A stretch of 64,000 nucleotides of DNA. Source: Gnetum montanum (Eukaryota; Plantae; Gnetophyta). Both the position numbers and the translations under genes were made by a program. The first letter of the stretch is position 1, and each line of letters begins with the position of its first letter. Below the pieces are notes generated by a model that made no database searches, was not told the DNA's origin, and saw only the letters and a list, made by a program, of their open reading frames with translations. Below, one piece after another: positions 25,001 to 38,260 of the stretch. The stretch is taken from positions 7,546 to 71,545 of the forward strand of contig MNCI01001491.1 of assembly GCA_015680685.1 (NCBI GenBank), in the 5' to 3' direction.

Positions 25001-26966
25001 TCTTGAAGGTAGGGGAAAAGACTTTAGTTTATTAATCAAGGTGATATTTCAATTGGTCAACCACTATCATTCTTATTTTAGGGCCCTTGGTAAATACATC
25101 TATGGTAGTCTAAGCCACCTTCAAGGTCCAATCGTTCTTGAGCAAGCCTTGTTCGCTAACCCTATACCTACAACAGGTGTAGCATCCAAAATGTTAGAAA
25201 CTCATAGTGCTAAGAAAAGGTAGGTAGAACAATCATACATACCTAGCCAAATGGTACACTATTCTAGAAGGATTCTAGAACAATGTGTAAGCCTGGTGCA
25301 TCATCATTAGAGTATTACCAACATTATATTGAGAAAAATCTAGCATGCTCCATATTTGGAATAGCTTGTGGGTCCCCTAGGTGCCTCTACTATCCAACAC
25401 CATCCCTTCTACACACATCATAGGGTCATCCATTATAAATGTAATGATCATGTTGGATAACTAAGGTAGTAGGTTCTCCACTATGACTCTGACTATATAC
25501 GCAAATAAGTGTGACCACATCATCATACTAAAGTTCTGAAGGAGGTATGCAAGGAATTCCCTCATCCCTTGTTAGAACCATAGGAAACCCTACTCTAGGA
25601 CCATGTTTATGAAAGAAGTGTTGGATTTGGGGAGATTAATGCAACACAATATTTCCACTAGTTCTACCACCATGAGAATGAGCTTAAGGAAAGCCCTGCA
25701 TAGAAACAACATAGATCATTAGAACCATATTTTAAACACTTAGAACAAAATAAGAAAAACTAGAAAAATTGACAACCACAACCAAGTGTAACAACAACTA
25801 TTATAAAACTTTGAATTCCTTAGGAGATTTTTCAAACATCCTAGTTAGTGGTGAAACTAGCCATCGTAAAAACTCTAGGGTATTAGTCAAATTCCTTCAA
25901 AAAATTTAAAAATCAATGTCCACATAGCTAACACAACCCTTATACATCATAACTAGAATATAAAAATGTTCACCATATCAACTAAAGTTTGAAATACATT
26001 GAAATCATTGTACAACATTTTGACCAAGTTTAAACAACACTCATATAACAACACTTGAAACCAAGAAAAAATGACCATAGGAGTTCACTGATAAAAAATA
26101 GTAAAAACTTTTTAACAGCCATGAGACTAGTCTTACACCACTTCTAACATCCCCCAATATCCCCAGGAACATGGTACATTAATAAGAAAAATCATTTAGT
26201 GTGTCAATGCTGCCCATCTTCAAAGGGTAAAATCAATGAAGCCCAAAAACATTAATTCGCGCAGCCGTATGAGAAAAATCATTAAAAATCAACCACAACT
26301 CCAAATCCAATGATACAAAGATAGTTAGAAAGCTTAAATTGAGATCTACATTCTTGTAACTAGAAAACATGCAAAACCTCTTCAGATTTTTCAAAAAAAA
26401 ATTCATGACTTACCATGAAAAATTGAAAATGGCTTAAAAACGCAAATGAACCAACAGACCAAAAAATTCATTAAAAATTAACTATAACTCCAAATCTCAC
26501 CAACCAAACCATAGCCATTTGAAACCTAAGACCTAAAAATAGAAAAAAAAAACCTTAAAAATTAACAATTCCAAACCATTTTCTTAATTTAAAAAATTAA
26601 TAGTGTTGCTTTTTTACATGAAATAGCAAAAAACTCACAAAAATTAACTAAAACCTAATTTAAAAATCCCATAAAACCATATTTAATTAACCAAGAAATA
26701 GTAAAAATGTGTAGAACCCACCAAATAATAAGATGGAATTTTTTCAAAATTTAATTGTATCAACCATAGTAGTCTAGATCTAGAGAAATGCCCAATGAAG
26801 AAAAAATGGCTAGAACACATGAAAAATGGCTAGCAATGGCCTACCTCAGAGTGATGGCTGCTGAACATTGCCCAATAATGGGCTATGGCAAGTGTGAGAT
26901 TCCTTTAGATACAACATCTAAATGTTTCAAGACTATATTTTGACTAATACCTCCTCTCTTCTTCAT
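22028..26966 (-). pseudogene. Antisense 8-exon accessory gene of copy C (FCP1/HAD-like, PMD-like, acidic/coiled-coil)
   Basis: Inferred exons: 26845-26966 (ATG), 25243-25695, 24887-25167, 23671-24714, 23393-23563, ~23165-23302, 22208-23030, 22028-22102. Introns are GT-AG (the exon 6 donor has decayed to AT). The exon 1-2, 2-3 and 3-4 junctions are in frame (ITLR|AFLK, HLAR|YRV, SKKKK|GPST). Interrupted by stops. Confidence 0.8.
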
Positions 26967-27429
26967 GGTATTTGCACAAAACACTGAAAAACCCTTTGAA
27001 ATCTACAAGGTTTTAGGTAGCAACACTACATTGGGGGAAAAGTTGAAGTAACCACACTAAAGGTTGATGGGTTTAAAGGAAAAAACCTCTTCTAAGAGCC
27101 ATAACTAGTGCACTGTAGGAGAATAATGAATTGTGTGGTTGACTTTTTGGCAAAACAACCATAAAATCCAAGTCTAAACCTACGTGCCACCCTTCACACC
27201 CCCATTTTGAAATGCAAGAACTAAAACTCATGGTGCACTAGAAGTTCAAAGGCGAAAATTTGAAGTAATAATTTGATGATAGAGGTTACAAGAAAAACTC
27301 AAAAATTTAAAATTTTTGGGCCCCACCAAGCACCTCCTAAGCAAAGTGATTTTCAAGCCTAAAAACCTTCTATGCGTTAGGGTTTAACCCCCCAAATCCA
27401 CACAAGAATTTTCTAATCTTATTCCTCCC

Positions 27430-29560
27430 TTACCTATGCTAGGAAAAATGGATCCAACATGGGTCCTAGCCTCCCATGTCCCATAACCATAAAACCTTTC
27501 TCCCCTTGCCATTTTTTGAAGCTGAAGTATATATTACCAAATCCCAAACCCTGGTAGGGGGTAGAACCATCCATGCAACATGTCACATTAGGCAACCACA
27601 TTAGGCAAGGCCTCATCCATGTTGGCTAGCATTTCCCAAGGGGGTATATGATCCACCAGTGCTCATCAAGCCATGATTTGACTCCAAAGTTGATCAACAT
27701 GGCACCTAAAATCCTACTAGACATCCCCAACAACTTTGAAACCTTGCCAAACCAAGTTGAAGGTGTTCAAAACCTTGATATTTGGTTGAGAAATGCTAGG
27801 GGGCATCTCATCCACACTAGCTAGCATGGCTCAAGCATGGATGGGTGTGGTATAACCTCAAAATACCAAAATTAACCACCTAGTTCCCACATTTTTACTT
27901 TGACAAGTATTTTTAGCCTTTAATAGCCAAGATTTGACAAAAGCAAGTTGAATTTCATACCATCTACCTTCCCCACACTAGGAAAGCCCCCATCCATGCT
28001 AGCTAGCATTGGTCCAATGTGGGTTCCCTATGGATAACTCACAAAAACCTTTTCATACCTCCAAATGACCTTAAAACCTACTCCAATAGCCTTAATACCT
28101 CTCCCAGGTCTTCAATAGTCAAGAGCTGTTGAAATCTAAGTCCACATTCATGATCAAAACCCTAACCATAGTGAGGAACCATCCATCCATGCTAGCCAAC
28201 ATGGTTCTAACATGGGTACTTAGGAGGTAAACCATGAAACCTCATTTGTAGCCTAAATTAGCCTTGAAACTTATCCTTGTAACCTTAGAATCCTACCAGA
28301 GCCTCCCAGAACACTCAAATGACTCAAAATAGGCCTAAAAATAGCAAAAAGTAATTATCCTATTTCCACTCACATTAGGGCCATGTTGGCCAACATGGCT
28401 TAGGGGGGATGATTATGAAAAATAGTAAATGGCCTTCAAAATGGTTGATTTTGGTGACAAAACCTTACTATTGACATCGACAACCCTAGGAGCTCACATG
28501 CATTGTTGATTTTTTGTCAAAACCCATCAAACTTAAATATCTATAGGTATCCACATTAGGGGAGGCCATAGACACACTAGGAAATGTGGCTCTTACATGG
28601 GTACATTGCCTTACCACTTTTGTTAGCACCTTCACACCCCCAAAAAGCCAAAAAACCTAGCCTAGTTGAGTCTAGAATCTCAAAGCCTTAAATTATAGTC
28701 ATTTGTCCTTGTTTTGATCATTAAAACTCATCCAACACCCTCATCTACATTGGAGCAATGTTACCTAGCATGGCTCAAGGGGGTATAATAATACCACCTA
28801 AAATAGCCATCAAACATAGCCAATGTTGAGCCAAAACATTAAACATCACTACTAGCAACCCCAACGGCCTAAAAAATTGGTTAGATTACCTCTAAAGCCA
28901 CCAAAAAAATCAAACAATAGATGTATCCATGCTGAGGGATACTAGAGCCATGTTGGCCAGCATGGCCCAAGTGTGGATGAAGTTTCCAACATGATTCTAC
29001 ATGCAAAACACCCTCTAAATAGCCTCAAAACTTGACTACAAAAGCAAACAACTACAAAGCTCTGGCTTCAACTATAGATTAACCATGTTTAAATTTATAA
29101 CAACTCAAATCTAGATCATCAATGTTGAAACCCCTTCCATGCATACTAGCCAACATGGCTCTGGGGTGTATAACCATGAAACCTACTAGGTTACCAGTTT
29201 TGAACAACAAAGTAACTAATCTTGACTATTATGGCCCTACAATGCCTTAGGAAGACTATAGAATCCTAATGTTAATCCTCTAAATTCTATGAAACCCATT
29301 TTTCTTGGTAGCCATGCTAGGTCCATGTTGGCCAGCATTGCTCCAATGTGGATGATAATTCCAAGCTTCAATGGAAGTTTCTAAAGGTTGAAATCAATGC
29401 CAAAATTAATCTATTTCCTTCCCCAGTCCACTGCACTAATCATGCAAGCCATCAAGAGTCAAAATTTACTCAAAACCAACCTAGAAAACCACCTGATCAT
29501 CCCATCCATGCTAGGAGTCACCCTATCCATGCTAGCCAATGTGGGTCTAGCATGGGTTCC
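27430..29560. repeat. ~190-bp-period inverted-motif array (copy C)
   Basis: Clusters near 27435, 27610, 27800, 27975, 28185, 28370, 28550, 28745, 28926, 29135, 29310 and 29505, e.g. TCCATGCTAGCCAACATGG. Confidence 0.7.
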
Positions 29561-30265
29561 TAGAAACCCTTGATTTTTTTACCCAAAATATCCTTGAAAT
29601 AGCCTCCATAGATGCCCAAACTCACCTATCAACCTTGTAGCCTCATACCATGGTCCTATAAGGCCTAAAACTAGCAAAATCTACCCTTCTTTGATCAATA
29701 TTAACAATGCTTTACCACATGTATTTCAATTTGCTTGATTTGGCTTTATTCCATGGTGTTTTAACCTACTTTGATCTTGTTATTGCATTGTTGACATCTC
29801 TAACCATCATTTGACCTCATTTAGCCTCTACACCACTTTAGCTTCATACTATTTATCTTATTTTCTCTATTGCAACATTTTTTTCCCCTTTTTTAGCATT
29901 TTGATTGGTATTAGGTGATGGGATTTGACCATTCTTGATCATCACTTAACACCATGTAACTATGACCTACCAAGACCTTAAACTAGCAACATGGCCCACT
30001 AAGGCCTAACATTGGCAAAATTGTAACCTCATTTGACCGTATTTGATCTTATTTTTTGTGCTTTCCTCATGATTCAACTTTTTTTAACCTTTTTTGGCAT
30101 TTATTCCATTTTATTTACCTATTTCTACCTCTTATATCCTTGGTTGGCCTAGTTTGCATTTTTTTTGGCATTAAGATAGCATGTATTTGCATAGTTTTAT
30201 CATTTTGGTATTATTTACTTATCTTTACCCAAGTGTCACTTAATGTGCTTATGTTTGACATGCAA

Positions 30266-33050
30266 GACTAAAGTATGAGTACCTAGGAGCATATCAGTAT
30301 GCCTTTGAGCCTAAGTGGGTTCCATAGTGATGTTGAATGATGTATTGATCCTAATTACCTAGATCTTGAGCCTAAGAGTCTTATTGACCACATAGCCTCA
30401 ATAGAAAAACCTCTAGAATGGCCGAAAAACCTAGTTAAAACCCTTGATCTTGAAGCTGGTGACATTACCAAAGACTTTCTAATGGAGGTTCTTGTCATGA
30501 CACACATTGGTTAGGAGAAAATCCTAAAACTAAGTTCCTCACTAGAACCTCAGTAGGCTCAAGACATCACCAAGGTCCTCCAAGATAACATTAAGGCCAT
30601 TGCCTAGACATATGAAGATATGTTAGGTCTAAACCCATGCTTACTCCAATACAACATCATACTTTATCCTAGCATTAGACTAATTAAGCTAAAGGTTCAT
30701 AAGATTAGACCTAATTTGGCCCTAGCAGTTCATGATGAAATCACAAAACCATATCAAGATAGTTTCATCAAAGCTATTGATTACATAGAATCAATATCCA
30801 ACATAGTCATAGTCCCTAAGAAAATGGAAGTATACATATTTGCATCAATTCGTGAGACCTAAATAGGGTAATCATCAAGGATGATTTTTCTTCACCTAGT
30901 CTTGACCAGCTTATTGATACCACAGTTGGGCATGCCTTGTTGTTCTTTATGGATGGGTTTTTGGGATATAACCAGATTAGGATTAACCCAGAACATCAAC
31001 TCATCATGACCCCTTAGGATACCTTTTGTTACACCATGATGCCCTATGGCCTAAAGAATGCAAGAGCAACCTACCAAAGAGTGATGATGTATATCTTTAG
31101 TGACTATATGCTAGGTTTGCTCAAAAATTACATAGATGCTATAGCCATTAAGTCCAAAGGGGCCAATGACCATGTGCAAGATCTAGACCTTATACTTAAA
31201 TGGTACATCAAGTATGAGCTTAGGCTTAATCCCAAGAAGTGTGTCTTTGGTGTCAAAACTAGTAAGATGCTTGACTTAGTATTAAGAGTAGGGATACGTG
31301 TCAATCCATAGCTGCATAACTCACTATTTCACCAGTTGATGACCATGCAACCATTGATCCCAAATTCCATGATGAACATGTCAACACCATTAGCCAAGTG
31401 CCCAATGACTATGTGGTGATCATGCACTTTGATGAAGCTTCAACTACCCATGGAACTAGTGTTGTTGCCATTATAACATTTCCATTTGGTTAAATTCAAT
31501 CCTTCACTTACTGATGTGAGCTTTCATGTACCAAAAATGTAGCAAAGTATGAGGGTTTGATCAAGGAAATGATGGTAGCTCATGACCAAGGAATTAAATG
31601 CTTAATGATCAAAGGTGATTCAAAACTTGTGGTAAACCAAGTAACTAAGGTATATTCATGCAAAGACAAATACTTACAATCATACTATGACCTAGGAAAG
31701 AAACTGCTAAAATAATTTATAGACATTGATATCCAACACATACCTTAAACTGAGAACACCATATCCAATGCCATTACAACACTAGCCCTGAATGTAATGC
31801 TGGATGTGTTTAGCAAGTTATCCACCTTGATTATGGATTGTGCTATTTCCATCACACAAAACACTGAGGATACCTTTGTAGTCATAGTTCATACTACTCC
31901 TACAAAGGAGTGGTATGATGATATCAAATTTTACCTTATGCATGTTGAACCTTCACAAGGCCTAACTACTACTCAAAAGGACACTATACATAAATGATCA
32001 AAATAGTATATCATAGTAGGTAATAACACATTATGTTGATGATCCTATGATGGCATATTACTAGTGTGCTAAGGCAAAGCCAAAGCCCAAACAATCCTAG
32101 AGCTGGTTCATGAAGATGTATATGGGGGACATATAGGACCTAGAGCCATAGCTACCATGATTAGATAACTAGGTTATTATTGGCCTTATATGGAAAATGA
32201 CTATCTATAGAAGGTTAAAACTTGTGATACTTGTCAACATCATAGCAACCTAATACATGTATCGCCAACTTAGTTACACACCACTCAAATAACTGGGTTG
32301 TTTTAACAGTGTGGGTTGGATATCATTGGACCTATAATGTCTAAGTCTTCCATAGGGCATAGCTTTATCATCATTACAAACAAATACTTCACAAAGTGAC
32401 TTGAAGCTATCTCCCTAAGGAGGAAAACATTTGAACAAGTCTATAGATTCATACTAGATAACATAGTAGCCTATTTTGGCATACCTATGATCATAGTTTA
32501 GTAGCCAAGAAATGAAAATGTTTTGTCATAACCTAGGCATTAAGCACTCTTTATCATTGCCATATTACCCTCAAGCCAATGGATAGTCTGAAGCAAGCAA
32601 TAAGGCCATCATCAACTTGCTCAAAAAGATGTTGAATAATAACAAATGTAAGTGGCACAAGTGGCTTGTCCATGCACTTTGGGCCTACCAAATAACTTAT
32701 CAAACCATAACTAGTGTAACCCCATATAGCCTAGTTTATAGTTTTGAAGATATTTTACCTCATCAATTGCAAGTTCCATCACTCCAAGTAGCCCGATTAG
32801 ACTTCATCAAAAATGAATAAAACCAAGAGCTACATGCCATGGACCTAGACTTGGTGAATGAGTAATGGATACAAATGTTTGCTCACATTGACTAGTATTA
32901 GAAGAGGAAAAAATGGCAACACCACCATAACCTAAAGAAGTGTAAGATCAAGGAAGGAGACTTGGTCCTCAAAGTAGACATGAAGGACCTTTCTTGGTCA
33001 CTAAGACCTATGGAAACAAATCCTTTTAGATAGTAGACATGAATGGGACT
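30266..33050 (+). pseudogene. pol: pol pseudogene of copy C: RT-(RH deleted)-aRH-integrase
   Basis: MMPYGLKNARATYQR...NYIDA...LRLNPKKCVFG, then a jump at ~31308 to the aRH-proximal linker. aRH MHFDEAS. Integrase H..GGHIG..GYYWP..CDTCQ and YYPQANG. Confidence 0.93.
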
Positions 33051-34035
33051 ACATGTAACTTGCAAGAACTAACAACTAACATCATTGACCTTGACAACTA
33101 ATAAGAAGCGAGCCTACCTAACCTTTCTTCATCTTTTGCATAATAGAGGAACTATTAAACTTTGTAACATGTGTGACCTATGGTAGCATGGTTTGGTGAT
33201 CATTTTATATGGCCTATGCATTGTATTGTACTAATATTTTTTCTTTGTCTTGTTTCTTATTCTCTTAAAGTTATGCTTACAAGATGAAGCCTAGAGTCAT
33301 CACAAAGATGCAACTCATTGCAACAGCAAGTCACCATGTGACCTAAATGCACAAGATTTGGTGAGTTCATCTTGCTATGTTAAGAGTGCTTATGAAATTT
33401 CCATACAATCACCATATCCTTAAATTCAATATCATAGCCTAACAAGGACCTTCCTAATCCTAAATAACAATGATGACCTATGTTTGACACTCATGCATTA
33501 TGGTCATATGACATCCATTTGTCATGCTCCATCCACAATTCCATTGAATGTAACACACCTCATTCAACAAGAAAACCATTAAGTCCATTGAGTATAACAA
33601 ATCTCATTTGATGGGAAAACTAAATCAAACTGGCCTTGGCAAAGGAACCCAATGCAGTTTTCACCCCACAAAAAATGAGGAAACGAATTACCAAGAATTC
33701 AAAAAGGCCAATGAAGACCAAAAGAACAAATCAACAACTCCAAACATGAAAAGAGAGGAGTCTAATGGTTAAAGAAACCTTGGATCAACATGTCAGACCC
33801 TCAAATGCATTGTCAAGTGATCCCCATTTTAAAGCATGAAGTATCAAGACCTATTGATTGACTAATATGTCAATGCCATGTTTTAGACATGATGTTAGCA
33901 CCTAGAACTCATTGTTTATCCTCATGGTCAAATATAACCCTCATTAACATCACCTCATTATATCATTATTCCATCATCATAAGTAGTCTTTGGGCATGGT
34001 TTGACATGATTGAATAAAGCACTAAGGGGGAACAC

Positions 34036-35552
34036 TAGTGGTGGACCTACAATGATGTTTTGTACTCTTTTTTGGTGCCTCTTAGGTCAATCCTTCATAC
34101 ATAAACAAATAGGAACCAATGAAACACCACTAAGAAAGCTCATGTTATAATATTTTTTCTTTATAACCCTCACCCCATGAAATCTGAAGCTAAAATTTCA
34201 TTGTAAAATGTGAAGGTTATAATCCATGAGATGCAATTTCACATAATTTAGCTTTTAGGGCTAAAAATTGCCTCATATGTGATTAAATCTTCAATCCCCA
34301 AGTGAAAAAAATCATTATCATGCTTATATTTGGTCTTGGGGGTCAAAATTCCTTTTGGACTACCAAAATTATCATTTTCATGGGTTTTTTAGGGGGTATA
34401 ACCTTTACTATGGTGGAAACACTTGTCGGAGGTGTAACATCACCTATGTCCAGTGTTGGGGCTATAACTATTATCTGCCCCTGCACACACACACCCCCCC
34501 CAACATTACTACTACATACCCAATGTTGCACCTACCCCTTAGCATTGCTACTACACTCCCAATGTTGCACCTTTCCCCCAGCATTACTCCAATGTGGCGT
34601 ATCACCTCATCATTGCTCTAGCTCCAACATTGATCCTACACTTTAGCATTGCTATTGGAAGGCCCAACGTGGGTGGAAAAAGCTAGCATGGTTAAATTTC
34701 ATATCAAATGGAATGGTTTCGATGCCATGGGGGTCTCAAAATTTACCATACATAGAAACTATGCTGGATTTAGGCACTTGCAACACCTCTACATGGTAGT
34801 AATTTGTCAACAATTAGGCAAAAAATTTCAGCAAAATTTATGGCCAAAACCTTATAAAAACCAAGCCCCAACACCATAGGAAGGTTCCACGTTTTTAGCA
34901 TTCAAGACCTTTGAAAATTCATTGTAGGCACAAAGCTTTTAAGAGAAAATTTTGGCATGGAGCCCATAACCATTATAGTCATTTTTATGCCCTTTGAGAT
35001 TGTGTGTGGTTTTGCAACAATGTTGAGAAACCTTGGCTTTGAGACTCCCATCATCTTGAAAACTAAAACCTCCACACATATTACCCCCCTTGCACCACCA
35101 ACACTATAAATATATTAGGGATTGTAGCAAGGTTCTATAGTTTTAGGAGTGATAGAGCATCCAAATTGTGGAGTTGACTATGGCATCCAATGCCATCTAT
35201 TTCAATGGATTCCAAACCCCTAGTGTGGTGAACCCCCTTTTTTGTTGCTTCCTTAAGCATGCCTGTACACTTTCTGTACCCCTTTTATTTCTATTAAAAT
35301 AATGTTTACAATTCCAATTGTTATCCAAGACAGTTACATTTGAATTATTTCATGCATATATTTTTAGATTTTTTTTCAACTACATTTTACTATGCCTGTT
35401 TAACACTCTCTAAGTCCCTAGGTAATTAGCAAGACTATCCAGGAAAACTCAAATCCTATTTTCTTTTTGCGGAGGCCCTTGGGATCTAGGGTTAAAGTTG
35501 TTCTACCTAGAATTTTTAGTTTTCTAGTAACCAAATTTTTCAAAGTACAATA
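34036..35552 (+). repeat. 3' LTR of copy C (~1.5 kb), preceded by a PPT at 34024-34035
   Basis: Homologous to LTR A and to 14937-15104. Contains CCAGCGTTGC-like tandem repeats at 34495-34680 and a TATA-like element at ~34853. Confidence 0.82.
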
Positions 35553-36358
35553 ACTAGCATGTCCACATGATTTGGTTGAATTCTATGGACTCTATTTCCC
35601 TAAGTGACCAATATCACTAGATGGTGAAAGATGTAATTTGCTAATCATTATCTTCCCAATCAACACTTGTGTTATTTTGCTAGTATAGTTAAGTGTAACT
35701 GAGATGTAAGATATTCATTTTTATAATTTTTTCTGATTGCAGATTCATTAAATAGAGAAATATTTAATATTTAAATCACCTAATTCATTAAGTAAACTAG
35801 CCTAAACATGAAGCATCCATTCCCACTATCCATACACACCCTAAATGTATATTAACACTGTTGGATTACCAAGTATCCACTCCTAGGATTACCAAGCATT
35901 AACGTATTATGTTCAAAGTGGTTGTACTTACATTAATTATGAATTATAAAATTAATTATGCAATAATAAAAAATTAAATTGCATTCAAAGTAAACTTTTG
36001 GAAATTAAAATTAAACTAATCCAAGTGTTTCAATGAATGGAAGCAACCTCAATTTTATTTCCATTCATATAACTATGTCCAAGTACATGTTGCACTCGAA
36101 TAAAATGCCATACAATCACTTCAATCCATGATCTATCACTTAGAGAAAAAAGTTTACTAACTATTATGAAAATAAGCTACATGAGTTTGGCTAAGAGAAT
36201 GTACAATTGGTACCATAAATGTAAGGGATGTGTACATTTATATAGGCAATCACTATGTCAACATCAACATACATGCATCAAAGCATCTTGAGGTGCAGTG
36301 ATGGGGATGCATCAACAAGGCTACATCAACAACCATGCACCTTATTCATACTTCATCA
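35553..36358 (-). repeat. Diverged Athila-like 3' LTR (older element G), interrupted by copy C near its end
   Basis: Colinear with LTR 41379-42174 (GGATTACCAA, CTCGAATAAA, TTTATATAGG). Ends CTTCATCA, followed by a PPT-complement TATCCCC and 3'-UTR homology to 42175-42250. Confidence 0.7.
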
Positions 36359-36599
36359 TATCCCCACAACTAACTAAAATCTCATCATAAACTAAATAAA
36401 AATGGGATCAAGTTTCATAAAAATGTAGGTAAGTATGGAATTTTATTAACTAACTAACTATTTGACTAACTCTAAGTGCTGCATTTACATAAATGAATTA
36501 TATAGTTTACAAAAAGAATGTTAGATTTATTCTTACAAAAATTAGCAAAAACCTAGCTGAATTTTAGGTAATATGAAGTCTTGACACTATGCCTAGAGG

Positions 36600-38260
36600 T
36601 GGAGGCTTCTATAGCATAGAGGATCCTTCATCACATCCTAGCCATGTTGGTGGTTGAGGCTATTCTACTATTTTTGCCAAAAATTTGAAGGAATTCAAGA
36701 GTACATTTATTTTCTCTCCTTTGTCACATGGATCATGAATGATCTAGCTCACTTCACCTAGATTTGTTGGTGCTAGAATATTTCATGGACATGATAATGA
36801 CAAAAACATCTTCTTCATATTTACAAACAAAGCTGCAAATTGTTTACATTCAAAGTTGAATGTATGAACAAGGATTTATAACTCTTAATTGTCATGCATT
36901 CTTCTAACTAGGTTCCTAGCAATAGATCATTAATTCATGAATTTTCTCATGAGAACCTCAAGCTCTACATTGGCCATTTTCAACTTTTGCTTTATCTCCT
37001 TATGTAGCTTAAACTTTACCTCATAAAGGAGGTAAGAGCTAGTCACCTACTTTTCTAATTTAGTCTTGGGCCTTCCCATGTTCAACATTTCTAATTTTTC
37101 ATAGTGGAGTTTGGCAAGCTCCATGTATTCAATTATCTTCTCAATTTGTAACTCTTTCAAGTGGATCTCTACTTGATTGTATGCATTGCGTCCATCAAAG
37201 ATGGGCTGCCATGCATTGCCTCTCTACTAAAGTTGTTGAACCACCTTAGTCACCTTCACCTTGATCAACTTGATTTCTTTCTTGTTAAACTATTTATGCA
37301 TTCCAACTTGGCCATTGTTGTGATTTTTTACTTTTTTGAATTTTAGGGCTTCATTCTTCTATATGGAAATCTCAATAGTAGTCTTCTAACGAAGGGTTCC
37401 AACCTCTTCCATTGAGAGATTCTTATTTTCTATAGCCAACTTTTTCAGATCCAAGTTTACCTTAGTAAACTATTCCTACTGCTAGCAAATATACTCTACC
37501 ATTTGATCCTTTTACTACTTAGCATTATGCAAGTGATTGTTAGTACAGGTGAGTACTAGGTTTTCCTTATGAACTTGAGAGATATCATAGTCAATGTCTT
37601 TGGTTGTGGCTTCTAACAGTGATACCTTCAAGATCACCATATCCTTTGTATTATCCTCCTATTGGTATTTCTATTAAAGTTACTAAAAAGTTTCATCTCT
37701 TATTAGCTATGGCTTGAGAATTACTAGATCAGAGAGATGAGCTCTTAGTTGTGCAACCTTGGTGGCTAACTATCAATTATTATTGGTGGCCTCCCTGAGT
37801 TATGCATTGGCAATTAATAATTTATCCCATGTCTCTAGTAGCTATGACTAGGTTTCTTATATATCTTCTAGAAGATCAAAGATCTCCAAAAGTAGTTTCC
37901 TAACTCCCACCAATTATTCTAACACCTCCTCATGTTGGGCAATACTTATCCATCCATTTCCTACTCCTATTGATGCATGTATGTTTGTCATGATAGTAAT
38001 GGTAGGTACATATGTAGTAGAATCATTTAGAGATTCACCAACTTATTCTACCATCACCTCTACCACTATCTTCTAGTCCTTATGTGGCATGACCAAGACT
38101 ATCATCCCTTCTTCTTTTTTGAGCATAACAGAGAAGGTTATCACATTCCCAAAGCTTTCATCCCATAGCACATAGCACCAGGACTTTCATCTTGCTCTTA
38201 GCTCTACTTGTACCTACTTTTAGCATTGCCATAGCTATCCCACACCAAGAAGTAAGCATA
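36600..38260 (-). pseudogene. Degenerate long coiled-coil ORF in the 3' region of element G
   Basis: The minus-strand frames are K/E/L/Q-rich and heptad-like (e.g. LATKVAQLRAHL, KELQIEKIIEYMELAKLHYEKLEML, LHKEIKQKLKMANVELEVLMRK) with many stops. It is sense to G and lies upstream of its PPT. Confidence 0.55.

Larger units (their letters stand above)
14937..35552 (+). mobile_element. Tat/Ogre-type giant Ty3/gypsy element copy C (>20 kb, near complete)
   Basis: Order: 5' LTR remnant, PBS, gag, protease, antisense gene, motif array, RT-aRH-INT, PPT, 3' LTR. Confidence 0.88.

Noticed and set aside
22028-26966. Host gene or independent CACTA/Mutator transposon
   Set aside because: It occupies the same position and orientation in three retroelement copies and decays like them. 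No TIRs, TSDs or transposase motifs were seen.
34302-34879. Overlapping short ORFs in LTRs (also 12241-12576, 14600-15147, 41896-42189, 57063-57290)
   Set aside because: They lie within LTR or UTR repeats, are not conserved in frame between LTR copies and have no recognisable domains.
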